A stretch of DNA of 64,000 nucleotides from an uncultured Treponema sp. (GCA_946410085.1 CAMJZA010000001.1:26797-90796); one strand, 5' to 3'. Shown: positions 41,881 through 51,813, counted from the first letter of the stretch. Program-made: numbers and translations. The notes: generated by a model from the letters alone, not told the origin.

Positions 41881-43821
41881 CTACTTCTTTGCGTCCCGGT
41901 ACAGGTCTGCTATCTTGGCGCTGTAAATTTCTGCAATGCGGTAGCGCATCATTTCCTGCTTTGCCGAAAGTTCCACGCCTACTTCAAAGGGTTTCGTTAT
42001 CACGCTGAACTTGTTTATCTTTTCAAAGCTCTTGAAGCCGTTTTTCGCGTTGACGGCATTTGCAATTTCGCCTTCCAGCAGCTTGTGGACGGCCTCGCCT
42101 GCGGCCAGTTCCTCGTAACTGGTGTAGCTGACGGCATTGGCCTTTGCCCATGCTTCCAGTTCCTCCTGGTTCGGCAGGATGAGGGCAACGAGGTAGCGCT
42201 GGTCCTGGCCCTTTTCGTTGGTACCGAGTACGATGCTCGACGTAATGTACTGGGACAGGTTTATTTTCTCTTCAATGGGAAGGGGCTCTATGTTTTCGCC
42301 GCCCAGCAGGACAATCGTGTCCTTCTTGCGGCCCCGCAGCTGGATTTCCCCGTCTACTGTGAGCACGGCAAGGTCGCCCGTGTCGAGCCAGCCGTCGCTC
42401 GTCATGACCTTTGCCGTCAGTTCGGGCTGCCGGTAGTAGCCCTGCATGACCGTACCGCCCTTGACCTGCAGGACGCCCTTCTGTCCCGGCGGCAGGATGA
42501 GCCCGTCCGAGTCCACGACGCGGACCTGTATGCCCCGCAGGGGCGTTCCGATGGTGCGCATGACGGGGCAGGCAACGGGACGGACGGCAACGATGGGGGC
42601 GGTTTCGGTGAGTCCGTAGCCTTCCACGACGTTGATGCCCACTGCCCAGAAGAACTTGTCGATTTCCTCGGGATAGGCACCGCCGCCGACGACGCCCGCC
42701 CGGAAGTTCTTTCCGACCAGGGCGGTCAGCTTGCGGAACACGAGCAGCTTGCCCAGCATCTTGACCGGCCACAGGAGGGCCCAGGGAATGAGGAAGGCGA
42801 ACCACCAGAAGACGACGTGGTCTGCCCCGAAGCGTGCCTGCCTGCGGAACATCTTCCGGTCCATCGCGCACCAGATCTGGGCGGCATTGACGAAGAAGCG
42901 GAAGGCGGCGTAGGTTAGTCCCCCGACCTTGCGCATCTTGCGCCAGATGCCGTCATAAATTGCCTCGAAGACGCGGGGAACGGCGGGCAGCAGGGTGGGG
43001 TTCAGGTTGGCAAGGTCGGCAAGCAGGATGGAACCGATGGGCTTGGAATAGCAGATGGTCGCACCCTGCGAGAGGATGACGTATTCGACTGCCCGCTGGA
43101 AGGCGTGCCAGACCGGCAGGCAGCACAGGCCCTTTTCGCCGGGGTTCAGGAAGATGCGCTCGGTAACCTCGTCGAGCTGGGTGATGAAGTTGCCGTGGGA
43201 AAGCATGACTCCCTTGGGGGTGCCGGTCGTACCGGACGTGAAGATGATCGTTGCAAGGTCGTCCCAGTCGCCTTTTTCCAGTTCGTTTTCAACGGCATCG
43301 ATGTTCCGCCGCCGCCACTCGTGTCCGCGCTTCTTCAAGTCCTGGAACTGGTAGAGCGTTATGCCCAGTGCGGCGGCGCGCTCACGCTGCTCCGCGTCTA
43401 CCCCGTCAAATGCGATGATTGAGCCGAGCAGGGGCAGCTGGTCCCGGATGTTCAGCAGTTTCTTGACTTGGGCGGAATTTTCCGTGATGACCATGCGGCA
43501 TTCGGCAAAGCTCAGGATGAGCGCCAGGTCCTTTTCCGTCGCGTCGCAGCCGCGGGGGACGTCAATGGCTCCGATGGAAAGCAGTCCGACGTCCGCATGT
43601 TCCCATTCAGCCCGGTTGTCGGCAATCAGTCCGATGTGGTCCCCCCGCTGTACGCCCAGCTCCATGAGCGCGCCGCCGAAGTCCAGCGCGGTCTGGTAGA
43701 AGTCGTGGTAGTTTGTGGGCCGGTAGGAGCCGTCCTTTTCGTGGGAAATCTGGGCGGGTACTTCCGGGTATTTGCCGGCGACGGCCCTCAGGATCTTGGG
43801 AACGGTACGTTCGAACTTCAT
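41881..43821 (-). CDS. Long-chain-fatty-acid--CoA ligase (AMP-binding enzyme family)
   Basis: AMP-binding motif IIFTSGTTGTPKGVMLSHGN, plus GYGLTET and the GWLDTGD..RGRKKD motifs. I start at MKFERTV (ATG 43821). Confidence 0.85.
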   Translation of the reverse strand: MKFERTVPKILRAVAGKYPEVPAQISHEKDGSYRPTNYHDFYQTALDFGGALMELGVQRGDHIGLIADNRAEWEHADVGLLSIGAIDVPRGCDATEKDLALILSFAECRMVITENSAQVKKLLNIRDQLPLLGSIIAFDGVDAEQRERAAALGITLYQFQDLKKRGHEWRRRNIDAVENELEKGDWDDLATIIFTSGTTGTPKGVMLSHGNFITQLDEVTERIFLNPGEKGLCCLPVWHAFQRAVEYVILSQGATICYSKPIGSILLADLANLNPTLLPAVPRVFEAIYDGIWRKMRKVGGLTYAAFRFFVNAAQIWCAMDRKMFRRQARFGADHVVFWWFAFLIPWALLWPVKMLGKLLVFRKLTALVGKNFRAGVVGGGAYPEEIDKFFWAVGINVVEGYGLTETAPIVAVRPVACPVMRTIGTPLRGIQVRVVDSDGLILPPGQKGVLQVKGGTVMQGYYRQPELTAKVMTSDGWLDTGDLAVLTVDGEIQLRGRKKDTIVLLGGENIEPLPIEEKINLSQYITSSIVLGTNEKGQDQRYLVALILPNQEELEAWAKANAVSYTSYEELAAGEAVHKLLEGEIANAVNAKNGFKSFEKINKFSVITKPFEVGVELSAKQEMMRYRIAEIYSAKIADLYRDAKK

Positions 43822-44011
43822 GGCTGCTGTTTCCTTATCTGACAAAAACTCAAATTTTGTAAAGAGGCAGCCCATTATATAGTAAAAGCGCGGACTGTGG
43901 CAACAGGTTGATTTCCGGCGTGTTTTACGCTATCCTTATGGGTATTATGGTTCTGTACAGTGCCTGCATGATGCTGTGTCTGCATGATGCCCCCCGGATG
44001 AATGGACAGGT

Positions 44012-44701
44012 ATGAAAGTTTTAGTTATCGTTCCCGCATTCAATGAGGCACTGAACATTCAGAAAATGCTCTGCCGTCTGGCACAGGAAGCTCCGCATGC
44101 CGACTATGTGGTCATAAATGACTGTTCCACGGACAATACTGAGGAAATTCTGAAGGAAAACGGCTTGCATTATATTTCTCTCCCCGTGAATCTCGGCATA
44201 GGGGGCGGGATACAGACCGGATATAAGTATGGCGTCGAAAAGGGCTACGACATCATCATTCAGCAGGATGGTGACGGCCAGCATGACCCGAAGTATATAA
44301 AGGATGTCTGCGCCCCCATCGAACAGGGGGAAGCCGATATCGTCATCGGCAGCCGCTTCATCAACAGGGAAGGCTTCCAGTCAAGCGGAATCCGCCGTCT
44401 GGGCATACGGTTCCTGAGCCGGCTGGTCAGGCTGAAATGCGGGACGGTCATAAAGGATGTCACCAGCGGATACCGGGCCGTCAGCCGCAGGTATGCAGGC
44501 TTTTTTGCCGCTCATTATCCGGCTGACTATCCTGAACCGGAAGCGATTGTTTCTGCGTCGCTTGCGGGGGCACGGATACGGGAAGTGCCGGTCATCATGA
44601 AAAGCAGGGAGTTCGGTTCAAGTTCAATAAACCTGAGGAGGTCGGTGTATTATATGATAAAAGTGTCCCTGGCAATCCTCCTCTGCAGGAAAGAGTCGTG
44701 A
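44012..44701 (+). CDS. Family 2 glycosyltransferase (polyprenyl-phosphate sugar synthase-like)
   Basis: VIVPAFNEALNI, INDCSTDNT and QQDGDGQHDP motifs. Confidence 0.85.
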   Translation: MKVLVIVPAFNEALNIQKMLCRLAQEAPHADYVVINDCSTDNTEEILKENGLHYISLPVNLGIGGGIQTGYKYGVEKGYDIIIQQDGDGQHDPKYIKDVCAPIEQGEADIVIGSRFINREGFQSSGIRRLGIRFLSRLVRLKCGTVIKDVTSGYRAVSRRYAGFFAAHYPADYPEPEAIVSASLAGARIREVPVIMKSREFGSSSINLRRSVYYMIKVSLAILLCRKES

Positions 44702-44702
44702 A

Positions 44703-45071
44703 ATGACGGAAAAGCTGCGTTTTTTCGTGAGCATCGGGATAGTCCTGTATTTTATGCTGCTCGGCATGCTGATCCGGAAGCGGAGCATTTCCCTGCGCTA
44801 TGCCCTTCTGTGGGGGGTCCTGGGGATTGTGTTCATCCTGCTGGATGTATTCCCGAACCTGCTCTATACGATCTGCAGTATCCTGGGGGTGCAGACGCCT
44901 GTGTTCGGCCTGTATGCCGTATTCATCCTGCTGATTTTCGTCGTGCTCATTGTCCTGACGGGCATCATTTCCCGTCAGGCGGAAAAGATACGGACCCTCG
45001 CACAGACTGCGGCGCTGCTGGAGAAGCGGATGCGGGAACTGGAGGCCGCACCGGAGTCTCAGCAGCCTTGA
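44703..45071 (+). CDS. Small membrane protein, DUF2304-like
   Basis: 122 aa with 4 hydrophobic helices. The position immediately after a GT2 gene is the usual DUF2304 context. Confidence 0.6.
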   Translation: MTEKLRFFVSIGIVLYFMLLGMLIRKRSISLRYALLWGVLGIVFILLDVFPNLLYTICSILGVQTPVFGLYAVFILLIFVVLIVLTGIISRQAEKIRTLAQTAALLEKRMRELEAAPESQQP

Positions 45072-45168
45072 GCGTGCCGTGGCGGTAGCCTTGAGCGTAC
45101 CGTGGCGGTTGCCTTGAAGCTGCGCTGGCGGTAGCCTTGAGCGTGCCGTGGCGGTTGCCTTGACACTG
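45064..45168. repeat. About 4.5 tandem copies of a 23-bp unit
   Basis: AGCCTTGAGCGTGCCGTGGCGGT. Unit starts at 45064, 45087, 45110, 45133 and 45156 (partial). The first unit overlaps the DUF2304 stop codon. The last supplies the TTGACA -35. Confidence 0.95.
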
Positions 45169-45188
45169 AAAAAGCTTGCCTGTACACT
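45160..45188 (+). promoter_or_regulatory. Promoter abutting the start codon of the membrane protein gene (leaderless)
   Basis: TTGACA, 17 nt, TACACT, then 6 nt to ATG 45195. Confidence 0.55.
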
Positions 45189-45194
45189 TGTCCC

Positions 45195-47180
45195 ATGAGT
45201 CAGACAGTTTCGGACGAAAACACGGGCCGCAGGGGAGCCTGTGCTTTCCTTACATCGCGCTTTGTTTTCATGGCCTGCGGGCTGCTCTTCTTTTTTGCAC
45301 TGCTGTTCCTGCTGTCCCCGTTTCAGAATCTTGCCATAGCGCTCGGAGAACGGCTGAAAGGCCGCCCGCTGAACCATGCGCACTGGCATCAGGTCCTGCG
45401 GTCCGCTGGTACAAGCGGCATCATTTTCATTTCGCTGGCGGGGGCATTCCTGGGTATGCTCAGGCGCTGCGGCAGTCCGGGACAGATGGTTCGTGCAATA
45501 AATGGCAGGGAACTGAACGGCAGGAAGCTCGGAAGTGGCTTTGTAGCCCTTTTCTTTTTTGTCCTGACCCTGCTCCTTGCTTCCATGCAGATAACGGACG
45601 GCCATGACTGGGGAGATGATTTTGCCGAATACATTCAGCAGGGCATGAGCATTGTGAACGGAACCTATGAGACGGAATACCTGGGCCGAAGCGTTTTTGT
45701 CGTGACTCCGCACGGCTTTCCGCTCCTGATTGCGGCGGTGTATAAGCTGTTCGGCTTTAACCTGCTGGCATTCAAGATGATAAATGTCGTCATGTATGCA
45801 GTCTTTGTTTCCGTCCTTTTTTATTTCTGCGATAAAAAATGTACGCGCATTACGGCGCTCGCCGTTACGTTCCTGTTTGCATGCAGCCCCTGCCTGTACC
45901 TGCTCGTTGACTGCATTCTGTCGGATACGGTGGCCCTTTCCTTTACCTTCATTGCGCTCGCCTGCATGGTTTTTCTGTTTGATGCGGCTGACAGCAGGGC
46001 GTCTGCCGCCGGGACGAGTGCCGGAAGGGTGCCTGATGCAAGGAGCGGGGCGGCTTCCGGCCGGAAACTCCTCCTCCTTTCTTTTGCAAGCGGTTTCTTT
46101 TCGTTCTGCTCGTATATATGCCGGGACGGCGGCATTATCCTGCTGTGTACGCTTGCCTGTGTGCAGTTCCTGCGCCTGGCCGGGCGGTGGAAGCGGGGGC
46201 GCGGCAGCCGGCCGGAAGACGGCAAGAAGCAGGGGGCGGACTGCTGCGGCATCGCTGCTGCCGTGCTCCCCTATCTTGTCTTCGTGCTCTGCTGTTTCCT
46301 TATGAACAACGTCCTGTTTCCCCCGTCTGCACGGAAGCAGTTTGATCTGTTCCGTTCCCTGACGCCTGCCGGCATGCTTTCGAATTTCCTGTATTACTGC
46401 GGCATTGTTTCACGCTTTTTCTATCCGCAGTTCATCTGGTTCGTTCTTTTTCCTGCCGTTATCTGGGCAATGGTGAAGTTCCTGCACCGGGATTACGTTT
46501 TCATCATCTATCTGCTCGGGCTCATCGCCCTGTATACTGTCTGGCCGGGCAGCGGGCAGGGGATCCGCTACATTGTTTCTGCACTGCCCATCCTGCTCTT
46601 CTTTGCCGGGCGGGCGGCAGAGCTGCTTGCCTCTCCTCACGGGCAGTCCGTTTCGCCTCAAGAGCGTGCTGCTTCTTCCCGGCCGCTGTTTGTGTTCAGC
46701 TGGCAGTCCTATGCGGTGCTGGCCGTTTTTTCCTGCCTGTGCTTCCTGTCCATCAGCGTGGTGAAGGGAGTGCGGAACGTCATGTCCGGCAGGTATGTGG
46801 CGTCATGGAGCTTTACGGAAGATGCGAAAGAGATGTACCGCTATATCGATGAAAACATTGCAGGCGATGAGCGCATCTACTTCTTCAAGCCCCGGCTTCT
46901 CCTGATAATGACGGGGAACGAAGGCATGTATTTTTCTGCGGAGGCGGGGCTTTCCCAGCCCGCCGTAACGACGGTCCCCGGGGCATCGGCCGGTGCAACG
47001 CACGGTGCAGCGCACGAGGCCCTTCCGAGCTTTCATTACTACCTGCATACCTTTGACCGGGGCTACGGACAGCTGCTGACAGACGAGCAGGCGCGGGGAG
47101 ACACGTTCTATATCGGGGATGCCGAGTTCACCTGCATCCACAGCAACGAAAAGATGCGGCTCTTTCAATGGCAGCCCTAG
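45195..47180 (+). CDS. Polytopic membrane protein, probable GT-C/PMT-like glycosyltransferase
   Basis: 661 aa with more than 10 hydrophobic helices and a ~150-aa soluble C-terminal domain. Context: GT2 plus DUF2304. Confidence 0.55.
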   Translation: MSQTVSDENTGRRGACAFLTSRFVFMACGLLFFFALLFLLSPFQNLAIALGERLKGRPLNHAHWHQVLRSAGTSGIIFISLAGAFLGMLRRCGSPGQMVRAINGRELNGRKLGSGFVALFFFVLTLLLASMQITDGHDWGDDFAEYIQQGMSIVNGTYETEYLGRSVFVVTPHGFPLLIAAVYKLFGFNLLAFKMINVVMYAVFVSVLFYFCDKKCTRITALAVTFLFACSPCLYLLVDCILSDTVALSFTFIALACMVFLFDAADSRASAAGTSAGRVPDARSGAASGRKLLLLSFASGFFSFCSYICRDGGIILLCTLACVQFLRLAGRWKRGRGSRPEDGKKQGADCCGIAAAVLPYLVFVLCCFLMNNVLFPPSARKQFDLFRSLTPAGMLSNFLYYCGIVSRFFYPQFIWFVLFPAVIWAMVKFLHRDYVFIIYLLGLIALYTVWPGSGQGIRYIVSALPILLFFAGRAAELLASPHGQSVSPQERAASSRPLFVFSWQSYAVLAVFSCLCFLSISVVKGVRNVMSGRYVASWSFTEDAKEMYRYIDENIAGDERIYFFKPRLLLIMTGNEGMYFSAEAGLSQPAVTTVPGASAGATHGAAHEALPSFHYYLHTFDRGYGQLLTDEQARGDTFYIGDAEFTCIHSNEKMRLFQWQP

Positions 47181-47309
47181 GGAGTGCAGGGCCAGCGGGG
47201 AACCGGTAGGCAAGACGTGCGCCTGTACGGGACGGGTGGCCGGGAGCCTGCAACAGGACGGGCTTCCGGGAGCCTGCCGGTGTGTTTTATGCGGGCTGTC
47301 TGTTCCCTG

Positions 47310-48341
47310 TCAGGCCTGGTCCTCGTCCCGTTCTGCCCGTTCAAACACGAGTACGTCGTCAAGGCGGATGACGTCGCTTGCCTTGGCGTAGCGCCGCTTG
47401 CCGTCCCGGTACACGAGCAGGATCCGTATTGCCGCATCGTGTTCTATGACCGGGACCTTCTTCCCGATCCATGAGCTGTCCAGATTTACGATGATTTCTT
47501 CCAGATTGAGCGAGCGGTCGTTGAGCGGGTTGGCAACGTTCGTGTATTCTTCCACGAAGCCCGCCGAGATGATGCCGGTCGGTATGGCGACCGTGAGCAC
47601 GCCCAGAATCGCCGTAATGCCTCCCATCAGCCTGCCGAATGCGGTGATGGGGTAGATGTCCCCGTAGCCGATGGTCAGCAGGGTTGCGATGCTCCACCAG
47701 AGGCCGGAGAACGCATTGCCGAAGGCTTCCGGCTGGGCTTCGTGTTCCGTGCTGTAGATGCAGAGGGAAGAGGCGAGCATGAGGATGAAGATGATGAACA
47801 GGGACGAGGTGAGCTGGTTCTTCTTCTTTATGATGACGTTTCGGATGACGAAGAAGGAGTCATAGTAGGCGTTTATCCTGAACAGGCGCAGGATCCTGAC
47901 GACCCGCAGCATGCGGAAGGCGATGAAGCCGTTCAGGAAGAACATGGGCAGGATGGTCAGGAGGTCCACCATGCCGTTGAAGCTCCTGATGAAGTGCAGG
48001 CGCGAGCGTATCTTCCCGTCCTCGGGGTACAGGATATCCGCCGTCCAGAGGCGGAGCAGGTATTCCACGATGAAAACGCCCGTCGTAACCGTGTCCGTCA
48101 GGTCAAACAGGGATGACCAGGACTTGAGTTCGTCAAAGGTCCTCAGGAAGAGGGCGGCGATGTTCAGCAGGATCATCGTGATGATGAAAAAGTCGAACGT
48201 CCGCGAGGGCAGGTCGCTCACCTGTCCGATCTGGATGATGTCGAACACCCGCTTTCTGTACGCATCCCTGCGGGTGGAAGAGGTGCTGTCAGTACGCCTG
48301 TCTGCGGTAGCGGAACCGCTTTCCGTCTTTTTTGCTGCCAT
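47310..48341 (-). CDS. Voltage-gated-type potassium channel with a C-terminal TrkA-C/RCK-like domain
   Basis: S4-like RMLRVVRILRLFRI. Selectivity filter TIGYGD. Confidence 0.85.
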   Translation of the reverse strand: MAAKKTESGSATADRRTDSTSSTRRDAYRKRVFDIIQIGQVSDLPSRTFDFFIITMILLNIAALFLRTFDELKSWSSLFDLTDTVTTGVFIVEYLLRLWTADILYPEDGKIRSRLHFIRSFNGMVDLLTILPMFFLNGFIAFRMLRVVRILRLFRINAYYDSFFVIRNVIIKKKNQLTSSLFIIFILMLASSLCIYSTEHEAQPEAFGNAFSGLWWSIATLLTIGYGDIYPITAFGRLMGGITAILGVLTVAIPTGIISAGFVEEYTNVANPLNDRSLNLEEIIVNLDSSWIGKKVPVIEHDAAIRILLVYRDGKRRYAKASDVIRLDDVLVFERAERDEDQA

Positions 48342-48388
48342 GGCTTTCCTGTCATAGAGCTCCGCAGAGCTCGTATTGCTGTATTGCT

Positions 48389-48417
48389 ATAGTACACTAT
48401 TTTTGCCCGGATTGCAA
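48389..48417 (-). promoter_or_regulatory. Promoter of the K+ channel gene, sharing its -35 with the divergent sanA promoter
   Basis: Minus strand: TTGCAA, 17 nt, TACTAT. The -35 lies in the palindrome ATTGCAAT. Confidence 0.5.
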
Positions 48418-48440
48418 TTTTCCCGGTTCCGCCCTATAAT
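48412..48440 (+). promoter_or_regulatory. Consensus promoter abutting the sanA-like start codon (leaderless)
   Basis: TTGCAA, 17 nt, TATAAT, then 8 nt to ATG 48449. Confidence 0.6.
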
Positions 48441-48448
48441 TGCCCCTC

Positions 48449-49120
48449 ATGAGGGTAAAAAGAGCTGTTCTCACGGTCATGCTTTCCGTAATCGTCCTGA
48501 CGGGCCTGTTCTGCGTGGGCGTGAACCTGTATGTGATTGCATACGCCCGTCCCTACGTCTACCGGGACGTGGAATCCCTTCCTTCCCGGTATACGGTCAT
48601 TCTTCCCGGCGCGAAGGTCTACCGCAATACGGTTTCCCATGTCGTTGCCGACCGTATTGAAGGCACGCTCCGCTGCATTCAGGCGGGCAAGGCCGAGCGC
48701 ATCCTTGTTTCCGGTGATCACGGGAGGCGGGACTATGACGAGGTGAACCAGATACTTGCCTACATGCAGCGGGTCTACGGGACTGACGACAGCATCATCT
48801 TTCTGGATCATGCGGGCTTTTCCACCTACGAGACGGTCTACCGGGCGCGCGACGTGTTCTGCGTGAAGGATGCAATCATCGTGACCCAGAAGTTCCACGT
48901 GTACCGGGCGGTCTACATTGCCCGCAGGCTCGGCCTGGACGCCGTTGCCCTCGAAGCTCCGGAACTGTACCCTTATGCGCGGACCATGCGCGACAGCTGG
49001 GAACTGCGGGAGTTCTTTGCACGGGTCAAGGCCTTTTTGTATGTGGCCTTTGGCGTCCGCCCCACCTACCTCGGCGAACAGATTCCCATCACCGGCGACC
49101 CCGCGGCGAGCCGGGACTGA
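48449..49120 (+). CDS. SanA/YdcF-family (DUF218) membrane protein
   Basis: N-terminal TM, then ILVSGDHGRRDYDEVN..FLDHAGFSTYETVYRA..IVTQKFHVYRAVYIARRLG, typical of SanA. Confidence 0.8.
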   Translation: MRVKRAVLTVMLSVIVLTGLFCVGVNLYVIAYARPYVYRDVESLPSRYTVILPGAKVYRNTVSHVVADRIEGTLRCIQAGKAERILVSGDHGRRDYDEVNQILAYMQRVYGTDDSIIFLDHAGFSTYETVYRARDVFCVKDAIIVTQKFHVYRAVYIARRLGLDAVALEAPELYPYARTMRDSWELREFFARVKAFLYVAFGVRPTYLGEQIPITGDPAASRD

Positions 49121-49139
49121 GTTCCGCTGCGGGCAGGAA
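49093..49139. repeat. Direct repeat DR-B, left copy (authentic 3' end of the sanA-like gene)
   Basis: CGGCGACCCCGCGGCGAGCCGGGACTGAGTTCCGCTGCGGGCAGGAA. 46/47 identical to 51891-51937. Confidence 0.9.
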
Positions 49140-49342
49140 GTGAGTTCCGCTGCGGGCAGGAAGGGGGCCCTGCGCTGCAGGCAGGAAGTGAGCTTTTTGA
49201 CCGGCCCGTGGTACAACGCGGGGGCTAGTAATTGTCTGTGTTCTGTGATATAGTTATATGCCTGTAATTCTTTAGCTGACAGGGCTTTTGCGGATTACAG
49301 GCCGTAAGCAGTATCGATTTTATTTTGGGCAGAAGTGTATAC

Positions 49343-50479
49343 ATGAAGACTCTATCTTTGGTCATTCCTTGCTACAATGAAGAAAAAACACTGGCAGACA
49401 TCGTGGAGCGGTGCCTTTCCTTCCTTTCCCCCCAGGCTTCTGCCGGAATTGCAAGCGACAGCCTCAGGCTGGAGCTGATAATCGTGAACGACTGTTCAAC
49501 GGACGGAAGCGATGCCGTTGCCCGTTCTCTGGCAGAGAAGTATCCGGATGCCGTGAAGTACTTTACGCACGGGAAGAACATGGGAAAAGGGGCCGCACTC
49601 AGGACCGGCTTCCTTGCAGCGACCGGAGACTTTGTCGGCATACAGGATGCGGACATGGAATACAGTCCGCATGACTATCTGACCATGCTGGAACCGCTGC
49701 TGGACGGCAGGGCCGACGTCGTATACGGCAGCCGCTACCTCCTGCCTGACACAAGGCGGGTACTCTACTGGTGGCATACGCGGATGAACCGCTTCCTGAC
49801 GACGTTCAGCAATATGTTCACGAACCTTGACATAACTGACATGGAAACCTGCTACAAGCTCTTCCGTCGGGAAGTCATTCAGGAAATTGCCCCCAAACTG
49901 AAGGAAAACCGCTTTGGTTTTGAGCCGGAGGTAACCGCCCTCGTTGCCCGCGGCGGCTACAGGGTGTATGAGTGTGCAATCCATTATACTCCGCGCACGA
50001 CCGAAGAAGGCAAGAAGATAAACTGGAAGGACGGTGTCCGTGCCCTGTACTGCATCATGCACTACGGCGCAAGTACCGCCCCGCTTCCCATGCAGCTCAT
50101 CCTGTATTTCCTCATCGGGGCATTCAGTGCGGTCTGCAACCTGCTGTCCTTCCTGCTGATGCGGCGGATCGGAGTTGCTTTTACCCATTCCGTGATTGCT
50201 TCATTTGTCCTGTCGGCACTGCTGAACTACCTCCTGTGCATTGCATTCCTGTTCCGCCACAAGGTGAAGTGGAATGCCTTCGGGGAACTTGCGGCATACC
50301 TCCTGTCTGCGGCCGTGATGGGTACGCTTGACTGGTGGCTGACGGGCATGCTCTATTCGTCGGGCATGACGGAAGGAGCTGCGAAGGCTGTTGCCGCAAC
50401 TGCGGGGTTCTTCGGAAACTTCATCCTGCGGCGGTTCATTGTATTCCCGGAACGCAGGCAGGGGAAAAAAGGCAGCTGA
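49343..50479 (+). CDS. Family 2 glycosyltransferase fused to a GtrA-like 4-TM domain
   Basis: VIPCYNEEKT, VNDCSTDGS and QDADMEY motifs. The C-terminal ~125 aa (LILYFLIGAFSAVCNLLSFLLM...FFGNFILRRFIVF) matches the GtrA-like flippase pattern. Confidence 0.8.
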   Translation: MKTLSLVIPCYNEEKTLADIVERCLSFLSPQASAGIASDSLRLELIIVNDCSTDGSDAVARSLAEKYPDAVKYFTHGKNMGKGAALRTGFLAATGDFVGIQDADMEYSPHDYLTMLEPLLDGRADVVYGSRYLLPDTRRVLYWWHTRMNRFLTTFSNMFTNLDITDMETCYKLFRREVIQEIAPKLKENRFGFEPEVTALVARGGYRVYECAIHYTPRTTEEGKKINWKDGVRALYCIMHYGASTAPLPMQLILYFLIGAFSAVCNLLSFLLMRRIGVAFTHSVIASFVLSALLNYLLCIAFLFRHKVKWNAFGELAAYLLSAAVMGTLDWWLTGMLYSSGMTEGAAKAVAATAGFFGNFILRRFIVFPERRQGKKGS

Positions 50480-50508
50480 CGGTAACTGACGGGATAAAAG
50501 GCGTCCCG

Positions 50509-51792
50509 CTACAGGCCCTTCTGCCGGAATTGTTTCTGAAGCTCGTAAAAATCCCAGCAGGGATTTGGATCTGTCCGTTCAACGCCGTTCATATACAGGT
50601 CCCTGATACGGTAGTCATCATACCAGTCTCGTGTGTGAAGCAGATCGACATGCCCCAGAAAGGAGCAGAGGAATAAAGCGAGCAGCAGGGCATGTGCGAT
50701 TCCTGCGCAGCGGGCAGGAAGCTGAAGACGGGCCTTTAGCTGTGCATGCATGCCATGTACAAGCTCCCCTCCTCCCATTACTGCAAGCGGATAGGACGGT
50801 ATCAGCAGCCTCTGCAGGAAAGTTCCCCGTTTGAATACAAACACTATTGCAAGCATGACAAGTATATGCACGAAAAACGTAACCGCAAGTCCACACCCTT
50901 TTAACCTTGCCTTGAAAAGCATAAAGATGGTAGATAGCCCTGCTCCGATGCCGAGCAGCCAGTACAGGGCGCTTGGAAACCTGCTGGCATGGGTCGCCAG
51001 AAAAACATACTCACGGATATAAAAGATAAATCCTGCACGGTCCGTCCGGAAAAGGGGCATTCCTTTCTCAATGTCGCTCACCCGGAAATGATATATGAGT
51101 ATCAGGAGGACAGGGATGATGCAGAGGGCAATCTGCACCATGCTTCTTTGGAGGAATGCAAAAAAGTCTTTCTGCACTATGAGCCGTACTGCGGTAACGG
51201 TTAAAACAGAGAAAAGGATGAGCAGGCTTACGGAATTGGCGTACGCAGAGCAGATGAGTGTAAAGAGGCATATCCATATATCGCCGGGACTATTGTCCGA
51301 AAGGTATTTCCTGAAATGTATGAGTGCAAAAAAGACAAGCGCAGCACACATGCCGTAGCCGCGCGCAAGCCCGAAGAACTCATTGAGGTAATAGGAGAAG
51401 GCGAGCAGCGTAAACTCAATCCAGCTGACAGAACCTTTTGAGCGGCATCGGGCCAGAAAGATATAATAAAAGACGCCGGACGCAAGGACAGGGAGCCGTA
51501 CGACAAATTCGCAGAACCTCACGCCGGTCAGGCGGGTGACGGCTGCAATCAGCATTGTATTGAGCAGGTGGTTGTTCGCTACGGAATCAAGGTACAGTTC
51601 TTTCAGCATTCCCGGTGAAACATGATCGCTGAGTGCAAGTGCATAGCAGAGGTAGGTGTATGACTCATCGTATGTCATTGCAGAACAGGCGGCCCGTGTT
51701 ATGACCGTGATTACCGGCAGCAGGACAAGGATATAGGGCAGACAGCCTGCAATTTTTTCATGGGCACAGTTTTGCATTCGTATTCCTTTCAT
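50509..51792 (-). CDS. Polytopic membrane protein (GtrC-like candidate)
   Basis: 427 aa, almost entirely hydrophobic helices. Convergent with the GT2-GtrA gene, with a 29-nt gap. Confidence 0.55.
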   Translation of the reverse strand: MKGIRMQNCAHEKIAGCLPYILVLLPVITVITRAACSAMTYDESYTYLCYALALSDHVSPGMLKELYLDSVANNHLLNTMLIAAVTRLTGVRFCEFVVRLPVLASGVFYYIFLARCRSKGSVSWIEFTLLAFSYYLNEFFGLARGYGMCAALVFFALIHFRKYLSDNSPGDIWICLFTLICSAYANSVSLLILFSVLTVTAVRLIVQKDFFAFLQRSMVQIALCIIPVLLILIYHFRVSDIEKGMPLFRTDRAGFIFYIREYVFLATHASRFPSALYWLLGIGAGLSTIFMLFKARLKGCGLAVTFFVHILVMLAIVFVFKRGTFLQRLLIPSYPLAVMGGGELVHGMHAQLKARLQLPARCAGIAHALLLALFLCSFLGHVDLLHTRDWYDDYRIRDLYMNGVERTDPNPCWDFYELQKQFRQKGL

Positions 51793-51813
51793 GTTCCTTT
51801 TCCGCAGGTATGC

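Noticed and set aside
43876-47309. Flanking direct repeats around the third glycosyltransferase module (44012-47180), by analogy with DR-A and DR-B.
   Set aside because: Comparing 43876-44011 with 47181-47309 by eye, I found no shared segment longer than about 10 bp. I saw only local short repeats (TGCATGATGC x2 and CCGGGAGCCTGC x2). A computed dot plot could still reveal something I missed.
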